IMG/VR virus record: IMGVR_UViG_3300031992_000080
Location: 1-64,000 of that record
Direction: 5' to 3' (one strand)
Source: a virus
Lineage: Duplodnaviria; Caudoviricetes
DNA: 64,000 nucleotides
In this document: positions 54,119 to 64,000 of the stretch, one piece after another
Position numbering within the stretch: position 1 is the stretch's first letter
How the letters are laid out: the number at the start of each line of letters is the position of its first letter
The notes under the pieces: model-generated
Database searches by the model: none
Seen by the model: the letters and a program-made list of their open reading frames with translations, nothing else
What the model was told of the DNA's origin: nothing
Program-made: the position numbers and the translations under genes

Positions 54119-54568
54119 ATGTGCAACTGCAAGAAAGACAAGACGATGAACGCACTCTTACTCCCGCCGCCGATTGTCGGAGGGCAGAAAACAAAACCCG
54201 ATTCTGTCGCAATCCGGTCCGGCGCGTGCCCGTTTTGCCTGCGCAAGCACCTGCTCAAGGCAGACGGATACGCGGAAGAGGTTGACGAGGATCCCACGCG
54301 GGACTGGGAACGCGAGCAGCTTCTCAAGAACCTGCTGCTGGCGGAGGATCACGCGGCCGCGCTCGGCGACGCGGGCTTCAAGGCGGCGATCCGCGATGAG
54401 CGCCTGAAGGCGGAGCGGGGCGAAATGCCGACCCTCGCGCCGCTCCTCGCGCGGGCGCGGGAGATGGTTGCGAAAGCGGGCGGACATGGTAGCCCTGTGA
54501 TAGAGAACAAGGCGGAGGGCGCACGCGCCGGCGCGCAGCCCGTCCCCGCCGCCCGGACGGGAGAATGA
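54119..54568 (+). CDS. Small Cys/His protein
   Basis: MCNCK...CPFCLRKH...LAEDHA. Confidence 0.65.
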   Translation: MCNCKKDKTMNALLLPPPIVGGQKTKPDSVAIRSGACPFCLRKHLLKADGYAEEVDEDPTRDWEREQLLKNLLLAEDHAAALGDAGFKAAIRDERLKAERGEMPTLAPLLARAREMVAKAGGHGSPVIENKAEGARAGAQPVPAARTGE

Positions 54569-55329
54569 ACGACATGGACGAAGAGCTACGGAGACAACAG
54601 CAGGCCCAGGCGGCGTTCGGAACGGCGCCTGCGCAGGACCCGCAGCAGGCGGTGGCCGACATCAAGGCCCGTGGGGCGGCGAACGCGCCGGTCCCGGGAG
54701 ATGGGGCGCATGCCGGAGAAAACATGGCCCGCATCCAGGACGAGACGGCGCGAAGCGCGAACCTTCTCGGCACCGGAATGCCGGAGGCGCAATCGTGGGG
54801 CGTCCCGGGCGCCGACGCGTCGCTGCGGCAGCAGTTCGGCGCGCAGGTCGAGTCCGCGTTCGGACCGGCGGCGCCGGCCCCGCAGGACCCGACGCGGCTC
54901 GACCCGGCGCTCGGCGAGGGGCTCGACGCCGGAACGCGCGACGCGATCCAGACCAACTTCGACGAGAACCTCAAGGCCGCCCGCGACGCGGTGGCCCGCC
55001 AGTCCTGGCGCGGCGGCCGGTTCGCCGGCGCGTCCCGCCGCGACGGATCCGGCGACGAGATTTCCGCCTACCGAGACCGCCTGCTCAAGCTGGCCGACGA
55101 AACCATGCAGCGCCAGGCCGTCGACAAGACACGGGAGCGACCAGCCGATCCGTATGCTCCTCAGCGCGAGCGCGAAGCGCTCGTCGCACGGCGTCTCGGC
55201 ACATTCGACCTGTTTTCCGACGCAAAGGCGACGAGAACGCCAATCTCGGCGCAGACCGTCCAGACCCAGGCCTACGACAAGGTGCTCATGGGCAATGACA
55301 ACCGCGATCTGTTCGATTCGTTCCTGTAA
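54565..55329 (+). CDS. Putative internal virion/ejection protein
   Basis: Q/A-rich helical protein preceding the large internal proteins. Confidence 0.5.
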   Translation: MNDMDEELRRQQQAQAAFGTAPAQDPQQAVADIKARGAANAPVPGDGAHAGENMARIQDETARSANLLGTGMPEAQSWGVPGADASLRQQFGAQVESAFGPAAPAPQDPTRLDPALGEGLDAGTRDAIQTNFDENLKAARDAVARQSWRGGRFAGASRRDGSGDEISAYRDRLLKLADETMQRQAVDKTRERPADPYAPQREREALVARRLGTFDLFSDAKATRTPISAQTVQTQAYDKVLMGNDNRDLFDSFL

Positions 55330-55335
55330 GGAGTA

Positions 55336-57549
55336 TTGATGATGACTGAAGAAGAGCGCAAAAGGAACATGGACGAAGCGCGAGCGCAGCTCGCGCAAAC
55401 AGATCAGCTCCTGAAAAACCGCGCCGAGGAACGTGCTCGCCGCGAGAAGGCCGATGCAGACAGAAAGCGCGGCATTATCGGGAACGTTCAACGAGACGCG
55501 GCAGACGATCTTGTCGAGGCTGGCGCAAAACGTCAGCCTATGGCGCTCACCGGACAGGATGCGGAAGAGTATTTCAAAGAACGGGACAATCTAAAGAGTG
55601 CTTCCGCAGCGGCCGGAAAGACTGCGCTCGGAGCCGGTGAAGACAGGCTTGGCAGACTTGAGACGAGAGGACGCCAGAATGTTATCGACCTGAAGAACCG
55701 GCAGGCGCACGACGCGATCAACGCCTACTACGGGCCTCTCATCCGGCAGGGCAAGGCGTCCCCGTTCCATGCGCTCGCGGCACACGAGGAGCAGCGGCGG
55801 CGCTACGAGGAGAAGACGCGCCTGCAGGGCGACTACGACAAGCTCAAGCAGGAGCAGGACGAGAAGCAGAAGGCCGCGCAGGCGGCCGCGGAGGACCTGC
55901 ACAAGCGCATGGGGTCGAGCACGTTCGCCGTCTTCACGGCGCTTGACCGCCTCAACGATCCGGATCTCTCCGACAGCGAGCGCGCTTCGACCCTTTCCGT
56001 CGCGGCGGCCGCCGCGCAGAAGCTCGGAGACCAGTTCGTGGAGAACAAGTTCGGCGCGGATTCCGGCTACCGATCGGAGGTCGTGAAGGTTGAGGGGGAG
56101 AACCCCGCCACGGGGCGCACGGCCGTCGGATACGAGATCATGGTGAAAGACAGGAACGGAAACCCCGTCATGGACTACCGGACCGGGCGTCCACTCGTGA
56201 TGAAGCTCGACGCGGACCGTGCCCGCAAGGCGATGGAGCAGCACTTCGGCTACGAGTTCCAGACGGACGAGGACGGAAAGCGGTCTTTTTCCGTGAACAA
56301 GGGTGGTGGCGAGCTCCGGGACGGCCGCTTCTCGTTCGGACGCCAGGACTTCGGCTCCATGCAGGTCGGCGACCGCCTCTTCGGCGGGCAGTATTCGGCC
56401 AAGACGCGCGACGAGATGGACAAGCAGGCGCGCGAGAGGCAGCAGGCCGAGGACGCGCACGCACTCGCCGAAGAGAGGATCGAGTCCTCGAAGAGCGCTC
56501 GCAGGCTTGCCGGCAACGCGGACGCGCGCGCCGCCGCCGCCGCCGATCGGGATGAGCGCATGGCAACGCTCAAGGAAGAAGCGCAGCGGTTGCAAAACCA
56601 GTATGAGCAAGAGACGATGCCGGACCGCAAGAGGGCGGTCCAGAAGCAAATCGAGCAAATCGAAGCGCAGATCGATCATCTGACAAAGAGCGACGAGCTT
56701 GCCGGCAACGCGGACGCGCGCGCCGCCGCGGAAAGCGCTGCGCGAGTCAAACAAATCCAGGCCGAGACGCGGCTGACGGAAGAGAAGGTCGCCCAGCTTC
56801 AAGCGGCGGCGCAAGCCGCAAAGGAATCTGGGAAGAAGTCCGACGTGGACGAGTTCGTCCTCAAGACGGCGTCCGATCTCGTGAAAGACCAGCAGTTCCG
56901 TGCGAACTACGACACGACGCAGCAGGCCGCGGATGCGGCGCGGGAAATCGCGCGGCGGCTCGTGGAAGCGTCCGGCCCGGCGCAGTCCGGAGAGCAAGGG
57001 AAACCCGCGTCGTCAAGCAAACTCGATGCATACGCAACGGGAAGAAGAGAAGGCGAACGCGGCGCGTCCGCCGGAGCGGGGACGAGAACGACGGGTGGAG
57101 GCGACGATCTGGGCATTGTCAAGCCGAATCCTCTCAAACAAACCGGAGGCGTCATCAAGACAGACGACGGCGCTTTCTACTATGACAAGGAGGACATCGA
57201 GGACCGCTTTAACGAGGAGACGGGACAAAACGACGCCGTGCCACGAGAAGGCGCCAAGCCGTTCTTCGTTTCAAAGACCGAGCTTCCGAAGGTTCTACAA
57301 GACGTTCACTACGTAAACAGAACCGGCATCCGAGAAATCGCATTCCGAGTTCCCGGCGCGGACAGTCCAGCCGATGGCAGCGCACAAGAGACGGTCATTG
57401 AAATCCTGGACCGCATGGGCTACCAGCCGCCGGAGGACGGCGAGTATTTTCTGACTGAAGCCGAAAAGCGAAAACTCGACAAGTGGATTCGCGACGAGAA
57501 GCTTCCGCCAAGGCCGCGCGACAGCAAGCACAACAAGAATCGCCGATAA
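55336..57549 (+). CDS. Putative internal virion/ejection protein (coiled coil)
   Basis: 737 aa, highly charged; 33-bp internal repeat (LAGNADARAAA) at 56505 and 56697. Confidence 0.6.
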   Translation: MMMTEEERKRNMDEARAQLAQTDQLLKNRAEERARREKADADRKRGIIGNVQRDAADDLVEAGAKRQPMALTGQDAEEYFKERDNLKSASAAAGKTALGAGEDRLGRLETRGRQNVIDLKNRQAHDAINAYYGPLIRQGKASPFHALAAHEEQRRRYEEKTRLQGDYDKLKQEQDEKQKAAQAAAEDLHKRMGSSTFAVFTALDRLNDPDLSDSERASTLSVAAAAAQKLGDQFVENKFGADSGYRSEVVKVEGENPATGRTAVGYEIMVKDRNGNPVMDYRTGRPLVMKLDADRARKAMEQHFGYEFQTDEDGKRSFSVNKGGGELRDGRFSFGRQDFGSMQVGDRLFGGQYSAKTRDEMDKQARERQQAEDAHALAEERIESSKSARRLAGNADARAAAAADRDERMATLKEEAQRLQNQYEQETMPDRKRAVQKQIEQIEAQIDHLTKSDELAGNADARAAAESAARVKQIQAETRLTEEKVAQLQAAAQAAKESGKKSDVDEFVLKTASDLVKDQQFRANYDTTQQAADAAREIARRLVEASGPAQSGEQGKPASSSKLDAYATGRREGERGASAGAGTRTTGGGDDLGIVKPNPLKQTGGVIKTDDGAFYYDKEDIEDRFNEETGQNDAVPREGAKPFFVSKTELPKVLQDVHYVNRTGIREIAFRVPGADSPADGSAQETVIEILDRMGYQPPEDGEYFLTEAEKRKLDKWIRDEKLPPRPRDSKHNKNRR

Positions 57550-57558
57550 TCGAACGAC

Positions 57559-60500
57559 ATGTCAACCGACAATCTTGGCCTACCGACCTCCCTCGACGAA
57601 GAAGAGAAGAACCGGTCCGCGCTCGAGGAGGCCGAGCGGGCCGCATCGGCCGCGCGGGCGCCGCTGCCGAGCGCGGACGAGCCGGAGTCGGATTTGTCCG
57701 CACAGGTCGATCCGGTTGCGGACGCGAGCGACGTGCCACGGGACGAACCCGTCCCAGCTCCGGAGCCGAGCCCCGCTTTCGCGGACGAGCAACCGGTCCC
57801 GCCGCCGGACGAAAGGCCGGAGGAATCCGCCGATTCTTCTCCAGCCACGTCCGAGCCGGAGAAAATCCAGCCGGAATGGGATTCCGAAAACGGTTGGGAG
57901 GAAGGGTGGGAGGACCGCGAAGACCGGCGTCCGGGAGAGGACGACTGGACCACGCTTCGCCGCCACAACCTGGCCGACATCGGCAACGAGCTGGCCGTCA
58001 TTGCAAACGCGGCGCGCTCGAACGAGACCGTAGACCGGACTTTTCGTTCCATTGACGGCTTCGGCGGCGCCGGCGCGGACGAGATGCTGGACATTCTCGC
58101 GAACGGAACGGATCGCTTCCTCGACCGGGACGATACGGTTGCACAAGACCTCTACAAGACGCTGGAACGCGCAACGGACGGCATCTACTCGCAGCTCGGC
58201 GGCAAGATCGAGGATTTCTGGATCGGAAACCGGCGCGTCGTCCATGACGATTACGCCTTTGGCGTCGTCCGCGACCAGCAGGACGTCGACGACCGCCGCC
58301 GGTTCATGGACGAACAGGACGCCCGCGCACGGCAAATGGCGAAGGAGGTCGCGTTTCTCAAGCAGAACCACGACCGTTCGCTTTTCGGGCGCATGCTTTG
58401 GCATGTCCGAAATGACGAGGACTGGAACGATGAAAGATTCGGCGTGTTCGACGGAACGAACAAGCTCACGCTGAACGAAATCGAAGAAGTCGCCGGCATG
58501 AGCGGCTTCAAAGAAGCGAAGAATCACGTGGCGCAGGAGCGCTTCGACGCCCTTGCCAAAGCCGTCCACGAGCGCTACCTCAAGGAACGCGGGGAGCGGT
58601 CGGTCTTGGAGGCGGCGTCGGACAATTTCCGCGGCGGCCTCGTCGAGCTCGGCACGATGGAGGAAAGCCTGCGGAACCTTCTCGTCAACGGCGGAAGCGG
58701 CGAGGCTTTCATGCGCCGCGCCCGCGAGCTCAAGGACGTGGAAGAGCTCAATGCCGCCGAGACGCCGACGGGCCGCGATTTCACGGAGATCGGCGGGCCG
58801 CTCGAAGCGCTCGGGTGGATGTTCCAGCAGTTTTCGCGCCTCGCCCCGCAGATGATCGCCCAGTTCGGCATCGCGCTCGGGACGGGCGGCGCGGGCAATC
58901 TCGCGGCCGGAGCGGCAGGGCGCATGGGCGCCTCCGCCGCGACGAAGGCGGCGATCCGCTCGGGCTTTTCGCGTGTCGGCGGCTACGCGACGACGGTCGC
59001 GCTCGACGTGGCCGACGTGACCGGACAACTCGCGGGAGAAGCCGCCGAGCGCGGGCAGGAAGGAATCGACCTGGGGGAGCTGGCGCTCGTTTCCGTGCCG
59101 TTCGTCGGCGCGGACCTCTACGGCTCGATCGGGCGCGGCGTCCGGCGCGCGGCCGGGAAGGCGGCCGGCGACATCGCGCGCGACATGGCGAAGAGCGCGC
59201 AGGTCTACACGGCGCGCGGGTTCTGGCACGACGTCCTGCGCGGCTCCACGAGGGTTCTCAAGGACGCGGGGCTCGAAGGCGCGACGGAGGCGGCGCAGGA
59301 CTGGTTCGTCCGCCTCGGCAACCTCGGCAAGAACGGGACGCTGGCGCTGGCGGGGCAGGGCGAAGAGAGCTTCGACGTGTTCGACGCCATGCTCGGGAGC
59401 GCGGAGACGTTTTTTGCGGCGGCCGCAAGCGGCGGCGCCGGCGCAATCGGGAGCTATGCGAATTTCGGGAAGAACTCTTCGTTCACGGGCGAGTATTGGC
59501 AGCAGAAGCGCCAGTTCGAGCGAAGCGCCCCGCGCGTGGACCGCTACATGGGCTGGGAGGCCGGTACGACGGCCCGGATCGTCCGCGCCGGAAAGGCGGG
59601 GTCGGACGTGGAGTCCGCTCGCAACGGCTACGGCTCCGTCCTCGCGGAAATCCTGCGCGACCAGGCGGCGGGCAACGCAACGCGGCTCGACGCGCTGGAT
59701 GCGACCCTGCTCGGGCAGGCGATCGTGGCCGGGCAGGCGATCAAAGACCTTGAGTCCGTGTCCCGCAACGCCGAGAGGAGCCTTGCCGCGGTCCGCGCCG
59801 GCGCGCGAATCGAAAAAAAGGACAAGGACGGAAATCCGACGGGCGAGTTCTACACGGCCGAGGAGCTTCTCCGCTTCAAGGAGCGGACGGACCACGCGCT
59901 GGAGAACGCGCGTGGCGTCAAGTCGCAGAAGCGCGACAACATGGGCGACAACGCGAAGGGCATCCTCGACGCGCTGGACGCGACGATCGGCGGTCCGACC
60001 CTTGCGGAAGGCGTCCGCATGCAGCGCGAGCGCGTGGCCGCCGGCGCGCAAGCCGACCCGATCCGCACGGAAGGGTTCGACGTGCCGGTCGTGCCGCCGT
60101 CGGTGGACGAGCGCACGGGCGTCGTGACGACCGTCTACATGGAGCGCGAGCAGGAGGGGTCGAGCCACCGGATGCAGATCGTGGAGACGCTCGACCCGGA
60201 TTCCGGCGACATCGTCTACCGCGTGAAGAACCTTCGCTCGGACGCACGGCCCGCCGACGCGGCGAGCGAGTTCCTGGCGCGCGACTTCGGCGGCGACGAC
60301 AAGGCCGCTCTCGCTGCGGCCCTCGACTTCGCGCGCGACTACGCGGACTGGTCGGCCGTCGGCGCGGCCGCCAACGAGGCGTTCGACCGCGCGGCCGCTT
60401 CCTACGTGGAGGCGAACTATCCCGGGCGCCTGGCGATCTGCGCGGACAACGAGACGGAGCTTTTCGCGAAGCTCGCGGACGCCGGGATCGACCTCGCGAG

Positions 60501-63500
60501 CGGCGACTACAGGACCGACACGGACGAACGGCTGCGCTCCCTGTTCCACGGGAGCCAGGAGAGCGCACTCACCGTCCCGCCGCTCGCCGACCGCGACGGC
60601 CCGGTCTTTTCCGTGATCGTGCGAGCCCGCAACGCGACGCCCGCTACCCTCGCGGCGACCCTCGACCACGAGACGATGCACGTGGATTTCGCGCGCCGGA
60701 TCCAAGAGGCGGTCTCCCGGCGAGAAAACCCGAAGACGGGCCGCATGGAGCTTGCGAACAAGCCGCTTCTGGACGAGCTGTTCGCCGGCTGGAAGAAGCC
60801 GGACGGCACGCCGATCGACCCGGCGGAGCTTTCCCCGGCCTTCCTGCAGCGCCGCGTCCGCGTGGCCCTTCTCGGACTGGACCGCGACGGGAGGGGCAAC
60901 CCGCTCTCGCAGGAAGCCGTCCTTGAGGCCATGGCGGACGACGAGGCGCAGGAGCGCGAGGAGGAACTCTACGCCTACGCGACGGAGAGCGTGAACGCGG
61001 GCGCTTCGGAGGGCACCGGCCTCGTGGCGGGGCTCGTCCATCCGTTCCGCGCGCGCAAGATGCGAATCCTGCGGCAGACGCACCCGGAGCTCGTGAAGTT
61101 CGCCGGCGCCTACGTGGCCGGGCGTCTCGGTGCCTTTACCGGCGGAATGGGCGGAGGGGTCGTGACCGACATGTGGGAGGACACGGCCGCGACGGACGAC
61201 GAGATCGCGGACTATCTCTTCCGGCTTCGCCAGCCACCGGCGAGCGACTACGCGCCCAATCCGCACGCGGACGATCCGGAAGGGGCCCGCCGCGCGCTCG
61301 GCGTGGAACCCTCCGCGCCGGAGGAAGGCAGGACGAGCGGGGCCGGCGAAAGCGGCTCTCCCGGCGCTCCCGCGCCCGCGGAGCGCAACTACGCCTCGCG
61401 CGAAGAAATCGTGGCGGACCTCGCGGCTGCGAGGGAGAACATGGCCGGTCTCCGCAGGGCCAACGCGGAGTCCTCGCAGATCGACGAGGCGGCGAGCCGC
61501 GTCCGGCGCTTGCAGGGCATCCTGCGCGAGTGGGACGAATCGCACCGCGAGGCGCCGCGAGACGCGCGCCCCGCGCCCCGCGGGGCGCCGGCGGAGGCGC
61601 CGCAACCGCAACGACCCGCGCCCGCGGAAACGAGCCCGCAGGAAAACCGGACGGGTTCGAAAGCCCCGGAGGAGCCTGCGCCAAGCGCGACGCCGGAGCC
61701 CGCTCCCGCGGAGCCGCGGCCGATCCCGAAGGGGGACGGGCGGGCGCGCGTCCCGGCCGCCGGCAAGGGCAAGGTGTCGATGAAGTCGCCTGACCGCTCG
61801 GAGAGCTTCGACGGGACGGTCGCCTACATGGATCTCGGGGACATCGTGAACGACCAGGTTCCCGGGTTCGACATGGCGTTCCAGAACCGCGGGCAGAACG
61901 ACGCGGCTCGCGAGGTGAAGGCGAAGCAGATCGGGATGAACCCCGACGCCGACACGCTCACGGACGCCGGGACGATGATCGACGAAGGGACGATCGTCGT
62001 TGCGAAGGTCGACGGCAAATTCATGGTGATCGCCGGAAACACGCGCGCGTGGGGCCTGCAGCTCGCCGCGCAGCTCGGAAAGCTCGGACCCGTGACGGAG
62101 CGCGTCCGGGCGGACGCCGCCATGGATGGCGTGGATCTTTCCGGAATGGCGAACCCCGTGAAGGTGCGCGTTCTCTCGGCCTCCTACACGCACGAACAGC
62201 TCGAACACATCGCGGAGGTGTCCAACCGCCAGAGCAAGAACCGCGTGGCGGACGAGAACCTCGCGCTCGACGATGCGAAGAAGATTCTCTCCGGCAAGAA
62301 GATCAAGGGCGCGTCCGGCTCGCTTCTGGACATGTTCGCTCCGGGGCCGGACGGCCAGCTCGACAACGCGAGCAACCGCGACTTCATGATGGCGTTCATC
62401 GCGGAGACTGGAGACAACGCCCTGCTCGGCAAGGACAAGGACGGGCGTCCGATCCCGAACGCGCAGGCATACGCGCGGGCGCAACGCGCGCTCGTGGCGG
62501 CGGTCCTCTTCGGCGAGAACGCCGACCGCGCGGAGACGGCGCGGATGCTCGGCGCGCTCATGGGCGAAGGCGCGGGCATGAAGAAGCTCGCCGCCGGCAT
62601 TGCGGCTGCGGCCCCTTCGCTCGTCGCGGCCTTCCGCGGAAACAAGGCGTTCGACCTTTCGCCGGAACTCCGCGCCGCGTTGAACGAAATCGCGCAGGCG
62701 CGCGCGGACGGCGTGACCGTGGACGATCGCTTCGCGCAAGCCACGATGGACCTCGGTGACGAGTCCGCCGCGAAGACCGGACCGAACGCGCCCGCGCTCG
62801 TCAAAGACATCGCCCGCGCCCTCTGGAGCCGTGGCGTCGGAACCGGCAGGGGCGTTTCCGGGAAGGCCGTGCGGGAGCTGTTGCTCGACTACGCCGAGCG
62901 CGTCTACCGCCCCGCCAAAGGAACGCAGCCCGCATGGAAGCTCCCTGCGGAAGATGGCGAAGGCCTTTTTGGAGACGCGCTCCGCAACACGAAGCAGTCC
63001 GTGTGGAACGCGGCGCTCGCGGCAGCCATGAGGGACGATCAGGGCCTCGGCCTGCGCTCACGCAACGGCGAAGCAGGCATCCGCGCCCGGAACGACGACG
63101 GGAGCCTCAAGATCGCGTCGCACGAGCGCAAGCAGGTGCTAGCGGACGCGGAGCGCAAATTCGGGAAGAAGCCACTCGTGCAGGTGCCGCCGCGCGATCG
63201 CATCCAGACCGTGTTCGTGCAGAGTCGCAAGGCGCTCGGCGCGGCCGGCGTCCAGCCGTCCGCCGCCATGTCGGACGCGACGGCCGAGATCGTCTACCGC
63301 TACGACGGCGACGGCAAGGCGTTCGTCCTTGCGCGTCTCCCTGCGGAATATCCGGGTCTGGACCGCCAGCGCTACATGTTCGGCAGCAAAGAAGCAGACG
63401 AGGCGGCGAAGCGGCGCGAGCGCCGGGAGCTGGGGCGCATTGCGCGCCGGAACAACGGCAACGGCCGCTTCGACGGGATCTTCCAGCCGCTGCTCCTCGG

Positions 63501-64000
63501 GCCGGGCCCGCGCGCGCGGAACGGGGAGTTCTCGCCGCAGACGCCGGCGTTCAAGGCGCAGCTGGACGATGTGATCGCCCGCTACAAGGGGACGCCGCAG
63601 TGGCTCAAGGCCCCGAACGGGAAGGACTCCATCCTCGCGGCGACGCCGGACTACGGCCCGCTGCTCTGGGCGACCGTCCGCACGCAGAGCTTCAAGGACT
63701 GGTTCGGGGATTGGGAGAACGATCCAGCGAACGCGAGCAAGGTCGTGGACGCGAACGGCGAGCCGCGCGTGGTGTACCACGGGACGGGAAGCGAGGAGGA
63801 GTTCGAGTCCTTCGACCGCAACCGCGTCGGTTCGCGGTTCGAGAACGTGGACGTCGACTACAACTTCTTCTTCACGGCGTCCGAACTTGCGGCCGAAGGT
63901 TATGGGGAAGTGTATCCATTCTTCCTCAACATCCGCAACCCGGAGATTCGCAACGTCAGGTTCGAGGAAGGCGAAGAAGAGGTTGGCGACCTCGACCTCC
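57559..64000 (+). CDS. Giant polyvalent internal virion protein (>2100 aa, partial) with DdrB-like ParB and ART-PolyVal-like domains
   Basis: ATG at 57559, same frame open at every point spot-checked up to the edge; FQNRG...IAGNTR...SN...E.LA.DDA at ~61.8-62.3 kb; FKDWFGDW...VVDANGEP.VVYHGT...F..FD...FFF...Y.EVYP.FLNIRNP at ~63.7-64.0 kb. Confidence 0.85.
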   Translation, partial: MSTDNLGLPTSLDEEEKNRSALEEAERAASAARAPLPSADEPESDLSAQVDPVADASDVPRDEPVPAPEPSPAFADEQPVPPPDERPEESADSSPATSEPEKIQPEWDSENGWEEGWEDREDRRPGEDDWTTLRRHNLADIGNELAVIANAARSNETVDRTFRSIDGFGGAGADEMLDILANGTDRFLDRDDTVAQDLYKTLERATDGIYSQLGGKIEDFWIGNRRVVHDDYAFGVVRDQQDVDDRRRFMDEQDARARQMAKEVAFLKQNHDRSLFGRMLWHVRNDEDWNDERFGVFDGTNKLTLNEIEEVAGMSGFKEAKNHVAQERFDALAKAVHERYLKERGERSVLEAASDNFRGGLVELGTMEESLRNLLVNGGSGEAFMRRARELKDVEELNAAETPTGRDFTEIGGPLEALGWMFQQFSRLAPQMIAQFGIALGTGGAGNLAAGAAGRMGASAATKAAIRSGFSRVGGYATTVALDVADVTGQLAGEAAERGQEGIDLGELALVSVPFVGADLYGSIGRGVRRAAGKAAGDIARDMAKSAQVYTARGFWHDVLRGSTRVLKDAGLEGATEAAQDWFVRLGNLGKNGTLALAGQGEESFDVFDAMLGSAETFFAAAASGGAGAIGSYANFGKNSSFTGEYWQQKRQFERSAPRVDRYMGWEAGTTARIVRAGKAGSDVESARNGYGSVLAEILRDQAAGNATRLDALDATLLGQAIVAGQAIKDLESVSRNAERSLAAVRAGARIEKKDKDGNPTGEFYTAEELLRFKERTDHALENARGVKSQKRDNMGDNAKGILDALDATIGGPTLAEGVRMQRERVAAGAQADPIRTEGFDVPVVPPSVDERTGVVTTVYMEREQEGSSHRMQIVETLDPDSGDIVYRVKNLRSDARPADAASEFLARDFGGDDKAALAAALDFARDYADWSAVGAAANEAFDRAAASYVEANYPGRLAICADNETELFAKLADAGIDLASGDYRTDTDERLRSLFHGSQESALTVPPLADRDGPVFSVIVRARNATPATLAATLDHETMHVDFARRIQEAVSRRENPKTGRMELANKPLLDELFAGWKKPDGTPIDPAELSPAFLQRRVRVALLGLDRDGRGNPLSQEAVLEAMADDEAQEREEELYAYATESVNAGASEGTGLVAGLVHPFRARKMRILRQTHPELVKFAGAYVAGRLGAFTGGMGGGVVTDMWEDTAATDDEIADYLFRLRQPPASDYAPNPHADDPEGARRALGVEPSAPEEGRTSGAGESGSPGAPAPAERNYASREEIVADLAAARENMAGLRRANAESSQIDEAASRVRRLQGILREWDESHREAPRDARPAPRGAPAEAPQPQRPAPAETSPQENRTGSKAPEEPAPSATPEPAPAEPRPIPKGDGRARVPAAGKGKVSMKSPDRSESFDGTVAYMDLGDIVNDQVPGFDMAFQNRGQNDAAREVKAKQIGMNPDADTLTDAGTMIDEGTIVVAKVDGKFMVIAGNTRAWGLQLAAQLGKLGPVTERVRADAAMDGVDLSGMANPVKVRVLSASYTHEQLEHIAEVSNRQSKNRVADENLALDDAKKILSGKKIKGASGSLLDMFAPGPDGQLDNASNRDFMMAFIAETGDNALLGKDKDGRPIPNAQAYARAQRALVAAVLFGENADRAETARMLGALMGEGAGMKKLAAGIAAAAPSLVAAFRGNKAFDLSPELRAALNEIAQARADGVTVDDRFAQATMDLGDESAAKTGPNAPALVKDIARALWSRGVGTGRGVSGKAVRELLLDYAERVYRPAKGTQPAWKLPAEDGEGLFGDALRNTKQSVWNAALAAAMRDDQGLGLRSRNGEAGIRARNDDGSLKIASHERKQVLADAERKFGKKPLVQVPPRDRIQTVFVQSRKALGAAGVQPSAAMSDATAEIVYRYDGDGKAFVLARLPAEYPGLDRQRYMFGSKEADEAAKRRERRELGRIARRNNGNGRFDGIFQPLLLGPGPRARNGEFSPQTPAFKAQLDDVIARYKGTPQWLKAPNGKDSILAATPDYGPLLWATVRTQSFKDWFGDWENDPANASKVVDANGEPRVVYHGTGSEEEFESFDRNRVGSRFENVDVDYNFFFTASELAAEGYGEVYPFFLNIRNPEIRNVRFEEGEEEVGDLDL

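Larger units (their letters stand above)
1..64000. mobile_element. Tailed dsDNA phage genome segment (probably podovirus-like), incomplete at both edges
   Basis: TerL, portal, scaffold, capsid, adaptors, tail and internal proteins, plus phage-type replication and recombination genes; no housekeeping host genes, integrase or tape measure seen. Confidence 0.95.

Noticed and set aside
57580-62739. 1719-aa minus-strand ORF, and similar long antisense ORFs (11082-12746, 20977-23118, 28039-29799, 30006-32672, 33737-35476)
   Set aside because: They mirror well-supported genes on the opposite strand. GC-rich codon bias removes stops in the antisense frame, and the translations are R/V/L/G-rich with no motifs.
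1-64000. Stop-codon reassignment, tRNA genes, CRISPR array, integrase/att site
   Set aside because: Genes end cleanly at TAG, TGA and TAA with ATGA coupling and core genes are uninterrupted. No cloverleaf, spaced repeat array or tyrosine/serine recombinase was seen, so lifestyle cannot be called from this window.

Overview
The whole window is a GC-rich tailed dsDNA phage genome segment. It has no host genes, integrase, tRNA or CRISPR array, and it looks podovirus-like: there is a large portal and several large ejection-type proteins but no tape measure. There are two divergent arms. Bases 1-27 kb are transcribed leftward and hold accessory genes, a YqaJ/annealing-protein recombination module, SSB, a DnaC-like loader, an initiator with iterons, RHH regulators, TerS, and a 16.4-27 kb early block (PcfJ, PcfK/AcrIIA9-like, DUF3846, AAA+/vWA-like pair). 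Bases 28.2-64 kb are transcribed rightward and hold TerL, portal, scaffold, major capsid, adaptors, tail proteins, a GT25-GT8 glycosyltransferase, internal proteins and a >2100-aa polyvalent protein that runs off the edge. A ~1.2 kb non-coding, G-run-rich segment (27.0-28.2 kb) separates the arms and may hold the genome terminus. Main discoveries: (1) by eye, the ~11.6 kb early block contains no TCGA and no GCWGC, though both are abundant on either side, which suggests a restriction-purged first-entry region; (2) two hammerhead-ribozyme folds with the same variant core (CCGAUGAU...GAAA...GUC) sit directly after stop codons in that operon; (3) a stand-alone ~130-aa protein carries only the glycyl-radical tail of class III ribonucleotide reductase, a possible GrcA-like spare part for NrdD. 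All motif counts were made by eye and family assignments are from motif recognition, not database searches.
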